NCBI GenBank assembly: GCA_001643675.2
Contig: LSRY02000038.1
Location: forward strand, 868,001 to 932,000
Length of the DNA: 64,000 nucleotides
Source: Monocercomonoides exilis PA203
Taxonomy: Eukaryota; Protista; Preaxostyla
Direction: 5' to 3'
In this document: piece by piece, positions 39,101-50,020 of the stretch
Position numbering within the stretch: position 1 is the stretch's first letter
Layout of the letters: every line of letters begins with the position of its first letter
Program-made: the position numbers and the translations under genes
The notes under the pieces: generated by a model
The model's database searches: none
Seen by the model: the letters and a program-made list of their open reading frames with translations, nothing else
Told to the model about the DNA's origin: nothing

Positions 39101-39154
39101 AAGCAACCAAAAACACAAATGAAAATTGAAGCTCATTAACCACTGAAAATTCAT
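36110..39154 (-). CDS. Single-pass beta-helix (Pmp/pectin-lyase-like) surface protein with four internal in-frame TAA/TAG codons; recoded gene or young pseudogene
   Basis: Signal peptide, GSDEHC..PCKT module, GGGLFI/GGAI/FVGNN repeats and a C-terminal TM helix followed by KRRRK. Two introns (about 38730-38804 and 37357-37416). The ORF pieces are otherwise in one frame, separated only by single stops at 38252, 37514, 37091 and 36446. Confidence 0.7.
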
Positions 39155-39397
39155 ATGAAAAGAAGAGAGAATTGATGAATTGTTATTAGAAGATGCAAAC
39201 CAAGAATTAAATTCCAACACAAAAAAAATATTCAATATAATTGGTTAGATCAACAAAAATGATTTTCAACACATTTAATCTTTTTTCAGTGAGAGAAAAA
39301 CATTTCAAAAACTTTTCAGTCTTTTGATTGAAGTTTTTCAAAGATTAAAGAATATTTTATCATAATTAAAAATGCAAACATAAAAGATAAAGACATA

Positions 39398-40446
39398 CAC
39401 CAAAAATAATTCAAATTCGTAAAAGAATAATTCAATTTCGTAATTAATAATTCGAAATCGAAAATTAATAATTCGAATTCGAAATTAATATTTCAATTTC
39501 GAAAAAAAATAATTCAAATTCGGAATTAATATTTCAATTTCGAAAAAAAATAATTCAAATTCGGAATTAATAATTCGAAATCGAAAATTAATAATTCAAT
39601 TTCGTAATTTATTAATTCGATTTCGAAAAAGAATAATTCAATTTCAAAAATGATTATTTCAATTTCGAAATTCATTAGAAACTGAAATTTTTAATTTTTC
39701 TCGAGAATGGATTTCAGAAAAGTTCAAGTTATTTTTTAACCTATCAAATTTTATTACTCATAGAAAACTGTTTTTTTATTGCAACAATCAATAAATCAAT
39801 TTTTTGAATTTTTTTTTCATTTTCGAAAATCATCACTCAAATATTAATAATTTTATAAAAATTCATTCTATTGAATAACCAAATAAAATTTTAAAAAAAT
39901 TTAATCACGATTATTGAATTATTTCTTCACAATAATGTTATTGTTTCATTGGCAAAATTCTGAATAATATCGGTTTAAACATGAAAATGTATTTCTTTCC
40001 TTTTCAAATTAACTTCAATCAATGAATCTTCATTCAAAATGAAAGAAAATTTTTTAATGAAAATGCAACATTTTTCAATTATTGATAAACTAAATTTGCT
40101 GATGAGATAAAAATAAAATGAATTTATAACCCCAAACACAAGTTATTCATTCCACAAATCAAAAAAATTCACGTTTCGAAATTGAATTATTCTTTTTCGA
40201 AATCGAATTAATAAATTACGAAATTGAATTATTAATTTTCGATTTTGAATTATTAATTCCGAATTTGAATTATTTTTTTTCGAAATTGAAATATTAATTC
40301 CGAAATCGAATTATTTTTTTTCGAAATTGAAATATTAATTTCGAATTCGAATTATTAATTTTCGATTTCGAATTATTAATTACGAAATTGAATTATTCTT
40401 TTTCGAATTTGAATTATTTTTTTTCGAATTAGAATTATTTTTGGTG
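39398..40446. mobile_element. Foldback-like element with inverted arms of about 280 bp built from ~21-bp tandem subrepeats
   Basis: Ends CACCAAAAATAATTC and GAATTATTTTTGGTG are flanked by TA. Arms at about 39394-39671 and 40173-40450 consist of AATAATTC(G/A)A(A/T)TTCG-type units around an AT-rich noncoding core. Confidence 0.8.
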
Positions 40447-40796
40447 TATGGAGTTGTTTGCTAATAATGTTTTCTCTTTTCTATGATAGCTGGTAAATAT
40501 TTTGAATAAATTTTCAAACTGAAATTTTAAATCCTAACTATTTAATCCACAATAGATAGTTCAAAAATAATTATATATAAAAAATGTACTGAGAAAATAA
40601 TTTGAAAATAAAATGAGAACGAGATTTATAAATCTTATATGGAGCTCAATAATGAGTAGATGCCCAACATTAATTAATTTATTCCACAAAATTTTTATTC
40701 AAAACTAAATTTGCAATTTGAAGATTTAACAAACGCTTGCAGAAGTACGCTCATTCATTTGTCATTTTTAAGAAATATTTAATCTATTTCAAAGCA

Positions 40797-41123
40797 ATGC
40801 AGAATGATCTTGAAGAGAATTCTGAGAAAGAGAATGATTTCGAAATAACGCTAACGGACGAAGAGCTGAATTGTGAAGAACCTCCACATCTCTCCATCGA
40901 AGAACGTAAAGCGTTGCAATGCGAAATTGAAAAAAATGAATATTTAAAGTGTTGCACATCTGAAACTGATGAATTAAGAAGAATAATTGTGGAAAAGTTT
41001 TCCAAATATAATGAAGAGAATTTCCAATTACTTAAGCACATGGAGGATTTTAATGATCTTATGGATTCAGTTGAAAAAAATCTGGAAAAAAATGAAAGAA
41101 TCAGCAATACTGTTTTAAAATGA
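40797..41123 (+). CDS. Small acidic coiled-coil hypothetical protein
   Basis: 108-codon ORF from ATG 40797 with protein-like Glu/Lys/Leu heptad composition; no family recognised. Confidence 0.55.
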   Translation: MQNDLEENSEKENDFEITLTDEELNCEEPPHLSIEERKALQCEIEKNEYLKCCTSETDELRRIIVEKFSKYNEENFQLLKHMEDFNDLMDSVEKNLEKNERISNTVLK

Positions 41124-41559
41124 AAGATGTTCAGGATATTCAAAAAAGTTGACAGTTAATTTTGCAAGACGCGGAATGATCAAAATATTTTTAATACGAT
41201 TCCAGTCTCATTGATTGAGATTTTGATAATAATATGTTGAATCTTTTGAGAATTATCTTGGAATTCATGTTTTTCTCTTTTATTATCTTTTTCTCATTAC
41301 GTATGCATTTCACTACAAAATAGAAATGGACAGATTGCTTGTTTTTTATATGCATGATTTTTTCTCCTGAAAAGTGAAATCGAACAATTGCCTTGATGAA
41401 AAAGAAAATGGGATTTATGAGTTTTCGACTTTGTTGTTCAAGTGGTAAAAAGAAGTTTTCATCAACAATAACTCTTTCGTTTTCACATTTTGGAAATTAA
41501 TTGATTTCTTTTTCCGCGAAAAGCTTGTCCTTTATTTTGCCTTTTTATTCAAGAGAAAT

Positions 41560-42387
41560 ATGATACTACAGAAGGAGTCGTATGAAGACAAAAATAGGCT
41601 CAAAAATCCCCAAATTACTACAGAGAAATATCAAATGCAGGCATTTTTGCAACACGAAGAAAATAGAGAAAATATTCATTCCGTGAAATCAAAGCTTCAT
41701 CGAAACTCTAAAGTTCCACAAATATCACAAGAAGATGCAGTTTATCCGCATTCAAAGTTTTTCAACATTACATCTATTAAACTTGTTCAATCTAAATCGC
41801 TTCGATTTCCGATGACCGTATTAAAGGAGATTTCTTTGGAAACGTTGAACGATTTTTTAAAGCCGTTAATTGAAAAATCACATTGGAATTTAGGAAATGC
41901 GGTATCTCATGAAAGATGTGAAACATTACAACTTGATGGGAAAGCTGTGGATTTACCTTCAAGTTCTCCGATTCAGGCAAATACTTCAAAATTGAGTTCA
42001 AACGATCGCTCATTAATGAGTCAAGAAGCCATTGATCAAAGACAACAATTTAGTCCTTCTCCATTTGCATCACTTCAAGCAGGTGCGGATTTTCCCGAGA
42101 CATCTTTTGATGAGCGATCGTCATCGATGCAAAGCGATGATTTGGATTCTGAACTTCTTGCTCATGTGCTGCAGATGGAGGAGGATGAGCAAATGGCAAT
42201 TGAAATAATGAAGCGTGATTGCGCACCGGGTGAAGTTCCTTATGCTTTTTCAGACACTGGTCCAAAACATTCGCAGCAGAAGGAATATGATCTTCCAACT
42301 TCTTCTTATTATGATTTCATTTCACAACCTTCGCACCATTCATCATCTTCGTCTTCTTCTTCATCTTCTTCGCATTCATCATCATCT

Positions 42388-42419
<32 letters not shown>

Positions 42420-43515
42420 CTCTTATAGTTCGTCTTTTGCATCATCTGCCTTTTCATCACCATCTTATATGGGCCATTCTGGGATGGATGAAGACGCATT
42501 TCCAAGTTCCTTCGAATTAGACGACGAAACTCGACTCATCGAAAGCCTGCTTGAAGGCATTGCAGACGATGAAAGCAGCAACATTTACTCTGCGCTGAGT
42601 GAAGGCGATACAAGAAATGCAGTCAACACCAGAAACACCAGAAATGGTAGGAATGCTAACAGTAATACCAGAAATGCAAGAACTGCAAGTGTTGGCAGAG
42701 GAGCAGTGGCAGCAGCCGCAGCGAAAAAACCAGCAGCGAAGGGAAGCCAGCGGAAGGAGGAAGACATGCGAGAGAGAGAAAGGAATGTTAGAGAGCAAAG
42801 AGAGATAAGAGAAGCCAATAGACGAGAGATGGATCGGAATGTAAAGGCGGAGCAGACGGCACAGAAGGCAGCGCACGACACGAGGCAGCAGGCAAGGCAG
42901 GCGAAAGAGAGGGCCGAGCGGATGAGGAGAGAGCGGATGCGGCAGGAGGCAGACAGACAGAGGAGGCAGAGGAGAGAAAGAGAATGGGGTGGTGGAGGTG
43001 GAGGAGGAGGGGGTGGAAGAGGAGGAGGAGGAAGAGGATGGGGAAGAGGGAGTGTGTTTGCGGGGGGGATGGGCCAGGCAATGGCGGTGGATGTGGACAG
43101 CATGACGCACGAAGAGCTGCTGGATCTGTGTGAAATGATAGGCGATGCAGAGAACAGAGGCATTTCAGAGCAAGATTTTGCAGCTCTTCCGACGTGGGTG
43201 TATGAGGAGAGTGGGGAGAAGAAGAAGAAGAAGGGGAAAGGGAAGGGGAAGGAGAGGATAAGAGATGAGAAGAATGTGAGGGGATGTGAAGAAAGAGGAG
43301 GAGGAGGAGGAGGAGGAGAAAGTGATGATGATGAAGAGGAAAATGATGAAGAGGAGGAGGAAGAGAAGCTGACGACATGCTCCATTTGCCTGATGGATTT
43401 GGAGGAAGGCGATCTTCTTGTTTGCCTACCGTGCGTTCATTCATTCCACTACGAATGCATCAAGCGATGGCTTCTGATTAAGCGTGATTGCCCCATATGC
43501 AAACAATCTGTTTGA
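41560..43515 (+). CDS. RING-H2 E3 ubiquitin ligase (BIG BROTHER-related / RNF38-44-like C-terminus)
   Basis: CSIC..CVHSFHYECIKRW..CPIC is preceded by VDSMTHEELLDLCEMIG..RG. UIM-like segment DSELLAHVLQMEEDEQMA. The 5' end is uncertain. Confidence 0.85.
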
Positions 43516-43783
43516 AAGTGTTGCACCATGTGAGAACGCGAAAGTCTAAATATACAAAATTTATACAAATAACGATATGAATGCAAAGATGGAATTAATA
43601 GTTTTTAATTTTATAGGTGTTTTCATGCATTCAGTTTGATAACTTTGTTTCGTTCATATTTTATAGGATTATCAGTATTTTTTTTTTAAATTTTTATTTA
43701 AACATAAAATTTTTTCTTTTTCTTGGAAATAATAATACAAAATGAAAAAGAATCAAAGACCATTATTTTTTTCATGAATTTCG

Positions 43784-45613
43784 TATGGGAAGAAGACCAC
43801 AGCAATATCTCACTGCATATGTCCCAGGTTAGTATTTGTTTTGAAGTTTTGAAATATTTATGAATGTTCTTGCAAGTCATGTTTGGAAAGGGGTCTTATC
43901 CCCTTGTAATACTAGTATCTGCATATTTTATATGTCTCCTTCTTGCTGCGAGACAGACGATAGATAATTTCCGTAGAATTTCAAAGGTGAAGAATAAATC
44001 ACGAAAGGCGTTTCTGCTTGTCTTTTCGTTGTTTCTTTGCACAAGAATTATCACTTACACAGTACCATTTCCATTTAATGAAATGTGGGGAAATCTAATT
44101 GCAGATCAGTTTCCAAGATTTTTTTTATTTTTTGCGTGGGAACTTTTGGCACTTTGGATGGGTGAAGCTATTTTTCCACAGCCAAAAGGAAAACAGTGTT
44201 GCAAATATTTTTATCAAATTCTAATCTTCGCAGTTCTTGGATTAATGTTCGTTGCATGCATATGCGTTTCTACCCTTTCAAATGCATTGAATGTATGCAC
44301 ATTGTTTTATTTGTATTTGTAATTCATTATATTTCATATTTTATTGACAATAATAATAAAATTTCATGTGTAACTTTTCGAACATGCAGGATAAGCATCA
44401 TCAAGCTCTTATGATTATAAATTCTATTCTGTATTTCACTATTGTAATGTTTATATCTTCGTATGAATTTCGATTAATTCGAATATGCTGCACGTCAAAG
44501 CTTTCTGGGGTAATTCGCTTCCGGATGCATCTTATGGTGATTTTGATATTATTCATGTGGATCATATTCATTGCACGGTTCTGCTGGTCATTCTTCAAGA
44601 TATTTCATATCAATAAACTCAGTCAATACGTCGATGAATATTCAATAAAGTGCTATTTTGATGATTCAAAATGGTTTGTGACTTAGTTTTATATTTAAAA
44701 CAAATCTTTTGAAAAAATAATAAAATATTTATTCATATGCTTATATTTATTTTCATAACATGCATATTTCTCATAATCACAATTACAATCATGTTTTTGC
44801 ATCGATTTCCTTTTTCTTACTCTCTTTTCCTTCTTCACTTCTTCCCTTTCTCTCCTCCTTCCCAGTGGCCAGCTGTATCTCCGCACAGTTGCCCTGCAGT
44901 TCTGCTGGGAGATTCTCCCCTCAGTCATCTTGCTGGTGATGTTTTCTGTATTGGAAGTGCACACGAAGCCGAATGCGAAAGCGAGCAGATACACTTTGGA
45001 GAGAGGGGGAGCGGGTGGAGGAGTGGGAGGAGGAGGAGGAGGAGGAATTGGGGGAAGCGGAGAGGAAAGAAGATCGCTGAGATATCGAGGAGAGGATGGG
45101 AGTGTGAGTGAGAAGATGAAAGGGGCAGGGAAGAAGAAAAAGAAAAAGAAGAAGAAGAAGAAGGGGAAGAAGAAGAAGGGAGCACAGCTGTGGCAGGAGA
45201 CAGAAGGGTACATGTCGCAATACCTGACACTGGAAGACCAGATTCAGAGCGATCTGCCAATTGCGTTGGGCGCAGAACATCTGGGCGGAGAATCTGTTGG
45301 AGTGCCATTTCATTCAAACTCTGCTTCCTCCTCTTCTCTTTCTCCTTCTCCTTCTCCGTCCTCTTCCATTTCAGTTGCTTCCTCTTACACTTCCTTTTCT
45401 CCTTCCTTGTCGCATGAGGAGGATCCGAATTTGAGGGTGTTTGAGAGCCAGCGCGGAGACGAAGAGAATTACGATGGGATTTCGATGCGGACAGAAGGGA
45501 ACGTCGGAGAAGAAGACTCGATTTATGCAGAGGAAGGAGAAAGCGAAGGAAATGGAAGAGGAGGAAGAGGAAGAGGAGGAGGAGGAGGAGGAAGAGATGA
45601 GAGGTATGTTTGA
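43784..45613 (+). CDS. Multi-pass membrane protein, TOM1/THH1 (DUF1084) / GPR137-like; four exons
   Basis: Spliced model MGRRPQQYLTAYVP-VMFGKG.. with about 7 hydrophobic helices, including FLCTRI, DQFPRFFLFF, IFIARFCW and WEILPSVILLVMF, then a low-complexity tail. Confidence 0.6.
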
Positions 45614-46337
45614 GGAAGGAGGAAGTGAAATTCAGTGAATTTTGTGGAGGAATTAATGATAGTGAATACTTTTTTTTTGAATAAATAAAAGGAAGAGAGA
45701 GAAAGAGGGGGGAGGGGGAAGAAAGGCAAACAGAAGATGAAATGAATAAGGAATTTTATGAGAGGGTGTGAAGAAGAGTTGTGAAGGAATATAGCTGAGA
45801 TTGATCGAAGAAGAGGAAAGGAATTAATATGAGAGATTGTATTGAAAGATAAAGAGGGAGTTTAAAGAAGACGAAAGAGAAAGAAAGAAAACAAAAGAAT
45901 TTTATGGGCATTGAAAGATAAATGGATTGTTTGAATAACAGATGAAGGACGAAGCAGCAACATGACAAAGAATGGAGGATATTTGCTTTAATGTTGATTA
46001 ACAAGCATTTCATTCATGTTTTGTTTTATTAATACATTATTTGATGAACTGTAATGTTCTCTTTCTTTCTTTCTTTCTTTTTTCTCTTTCTTTTTTCTCT
46101 TTCTAATAATTCTCTTTCTTTTCCGATTATTTTTTATTTTTCTATAGAGATGGTTTAGCTGTTGTTATTCCTGTGTAAATTGATTTGATGAGTGTATTTT
46201 TTGATGATAATTTTTTTGAGGTTATTTTTCATATTGTTTTCTTTTCTTTAATAGCAATAAGAAATAAATATAAAAATAAATATTTAATTTATTTTTTTAT
46301 CTTCCTCTATTTTTCATTTCACCTCCAATTGACATTT

Positions 46338-46380
<43 letters not shown>

Positions 46381-47195
46381 AATTGGAATCTCTTGCTTGT
46401 AATCTTTCGAGGTTCTTCTTCTTCTTCTTGTAAATTTGTTTTTTTAAAAGAGGCGTGACTTAATTTTATTTTTCATATATTTCCTTCTTCTTCTTCTTCT
46501 TCTTCTTCTTCTTGCCTTTTTCTTATTTATCTTCTAAATATTATCTTTACTTTTCTTTACTTTTCTTTACTTTTCTTTTCTTTTCTAACTTTTTTTTGAA
46601 TTCTTTCTTTTTTCTATTTATTTCACATGAGTTGTAAAACCTATATTGAAGGTTTATTTATTCTATTTTATTTGATATTTTCATCTTTTTTTCTCCTTCT
46701 TTTTTCATTTTCTAGAAAAAATATTTTCATTTTTTCATTTATTTTTTTAACTTGGTGTGATTTGAGCTGTTTGATCGATCAAAAAGAAAGTTTTTTTAGA
46801 GATTTTCAATTTTGAAGAAAAATTGAATTATGTTATTCTTTTTTTTTCTGTTCAAAAATTTTCTTTTTAATTAATTTTTATTTAATTTTTATTTTTATTT
46901 TTCTTATGTGTTGCAATTTTTCATTGGATTAATTCTATTATATCGTCTGAGTTTGAATTGAACTATAATATTTCCTGATACATTTTTTCTTTCTTTCTTT
47001 CCATTTCTTTTTTCTTTTCATTTCTTCAATATCCATTTCTTGAATGAGTTTAAATGTTTCATTTAATTTAATTTCTTTTTCTAAGCACATCAAAAGCTGC
47101 TTAATTCCATTTCAGAGTGTTATGAAGGCCAAACACTGGAAGATTTTCTTTTCTCTCTCTAATTTATTTTCATTGAACTTGAAGGTTATTAAGGA

Positions 47196-47232
<37 letters not shown>

Positions 47233-47612
47233 TTTAAGAAAGAGCTTTTGAAGAAGGAGAAATGGACAGTTAGATCTTTTGTTCCGATAATTTGATATCC
47301 GTTAAAGAATGAGTGGGATAAATTAAGATACTAAAATTATAATAAGGCAAAAATATGGTATTTTCTGTTTTTTGATGAAGATGCAGTAGAAGGAAAGATT
47401 AGAAAAGAAAAAGATAAAACAAAAAATTCATCAATTAATAGATTTCATTTTTTGCATCTGAAGTGCAGATAAAAAATAATCAAATACAAAATATCGAACG
47501 AAGTAGAATTCAGGGGGAAAAACTCTTTTTCTCGGATAAAGAAAAAAGCGAGCAAATATTTTGCACGAATTTTGGGAAATGACAACAAATAAACAAATAA
47601 AAACATTTCTTT

Positions 47613-49159
47613 TCAGCAACATATAAAATATTCTTCAATGTTTTTCATGAAAAAAGAAAAACTAAGCCAATTAATAATCTTTAAATAGTGCAATCCGATG
47701 ATACAGTCTTCATATCCTTCTTCTTCCAACTTCTCAAATATCTTTCTTTTCACCTTTTCTCGTTTGGCTTCAAAGTTTTTCTTTTCGTTTATGTTCTTCA
47801 ATCTTTCGCAAACAGACCAAAAAAATTCCACAGAGCCATGAATTAATTCATTGGAAGTCGCCAATTGAACAATAATCTCCAAGGCCACGTCAACAGCTCC
47901 GCTTTTCAGCAAGTCATCAACCATTGCAACTCTCACTTCTGTTGCCTTTTTTAATGTATCAATACACTGACAGCTAATAACTTCGGAATTTTCTCTTGAT
48001 GCCAGAAATATCTGAACAATGCTGCTTAAAAGTCCAACAAATTCGCCATCGCGCGGTTTGCACGAGGCAAAGAAATAAAAAATTACAGAGAGCCATCTCC
48101 TGATAACAAGTGCTTCTTCCGTTTCTTTCTTTCTTTCTTCTTTTCTCTTCCAATCCACACTCTTTGACAGTTCATCCAATTCTCGCACTGCTTCTCTCAC
48201 AAAATGCAGCTCATTCACAACCACTCCTTCCAAGCTTTTATCTCGGTGAAATCTCTTGATCAAAAATTGCCAAGCAGACTGGTACGCAAGTCGTGTCAGA
48301 TTCTGATGCTCCTGATGATATTGAATAATCTCTTTGATTTCATTCAGAAACAGTTTTGGTTCCATTTTCTAATATATATATATAACAATAATATCAAAAA
48401 GGAAATAACAACGTTCATACGAAATAATTGTCAACGCGGCTCAAAGCCAATAAAGCGATTTCCACATCTTTTTGAGTTTCTTCATTTCCCTCTTTCTTCA
48501 ATGCAACCTTCAGAAGGCAAGGCATACAAATCGATAGTAATTCTGGAAAAAATATGCCGCTAAGCAATAGATAGCATTCACAAAGATCAATCAGAAGCTT
48601 CTCGTTCTTTCCTTCTTTTTTCTGTTCTTCATCAATTATCATTTTCTCAAATCTTCTGTACAGTAAGGAATTAAATAAGCCAAAAATCCACGAGTTCAAA
48701 AGAACTTTACAAGATCCAATGTGTTTCATCAACGAAATTGCATTTCCCATCGAAAGTTTCTTTTCTTCAATTATTTTGTCCAATTTGTTGAATAGCTCTT
48801 TTGTGAAAACGGAATCAAATTCTTTTTCACTCATCCCGTCCATTATTTCATTCATTTCTTCTATTTTCTGCTTCTGCTCTTCTTCAGTGAATTGTTCCAA
48901 CTGCGAAAGTTTCTCTAAAAAAAATGTAAAATCAAAAGAGAAAAAATATTCATTCATTTTTAAAACCAACTATTTCTTATAAAACGTTGCAAACCCAGAA
49001 ATATTTGCTTTTTTGAAGGTGACTGTGAAATCGCAAAATGAATTCAAAACAAATAATAAATATATTTTTAGTATTGTCGAAAATATTCGCATCAAAAGAA
49101 TTAAAAAACAAAAAATCATATGTCTAAAACAGAGAATTATATACATCTTCATTTTTCAT
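47613..49159 (-). CDS. Lineage-specific helical-repeat (ARM/HEAT-like) hypothetical protein; member of a multicopy family
   Basis: Spliced model MKNED/SPSKKQIFL/EKLSQLEQF..LLIDLCECYLLL..DVEIALLALS/KMEPKLFLNEIKEII..NLTRLAYQSAWQFLI. A decayed paralog lies at about 57 kb. Confidence 0.7.
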
Positions 49160-50020
49160 CAATTGACTTTTGCCTCAAATCAAGCAGATCTCGATACAAA
49201 ATAATCTTGTTTTTGAACAAATAAATAAGGGTTCACAACCTATAATTTTATAAGTGAAGGATTTTTATTGGTGATTGTCTGAAATAAGGGCATATTTGAG
49301 CTGCTTAGGCACACAGCCACAGATTCACATGCGAGTTATAGCACTGCAGAAGAACAGGGATTTAGCTTACAGATGGAGGAGCATTGGCTGTTTGCATCGA
49401 TTGCTTGCGAAAAGTGAATTGATGGGAGAAATGGCATGAAAATTGAACTTGGTTGTGTATTACAAAACATATGACACAACGTCTATTGTAATATTTTGGA
49501 TGAGAAATAACTCAAGCAAGATGCAGAAAAAAAGCGAGTTGTATGGAAGAAAAATTGAATTGCGCTGCTAGTTCATAAAGAGGGAAATATGTTTCACCTG
49601 GCATATCTTTTGAACAGGATTTATTTTGTGCGCTTTCTTTTTCTTTTTTTCTTTTATTTATTTATTTATTTATTTTTCACATTTTTGAATAGCTTTTTAT
49701 AAAAAAATGAATAAATCACTTCAAAAATCGTATATTTCAAAAAGATGTGATTGAATTATTTATAAAAAGAATGAGTTACAGCGCCAATGGACTAAAGCAA
49801 GAAAATTCAGCATTTGCTATGCGGATGACTGAAACATAATAAAAATCAAAAGTTCATAGGAAAAAGTGAATTTTGAAATTTCGATAAGTTTGATTATTGT
49901 TTAAAAATTTTGAGAAAGAAAGAAAGGAAAAGAAAAATTGTAATTATTATTAATAAGAATTTGCTTAAAAAATCTTCATCAGAATAAACAAATCATACAC
50001 TTTCTCTTTATAAGCAGTAT

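Noticed and set aside
39394-39671. CRISPR-like appearance of regularly spaced short repeats
   Set aside because: There are no unique spacers or cas genes, the context is eukaryotic, and the repeats form the arms of an inverted-repeat element.
49270-49450. Locally GC-richer island, possible ncRNA
   Set aside because: No tRNA, snRNA or snoRNA signature or convincing stem structure was recognised.
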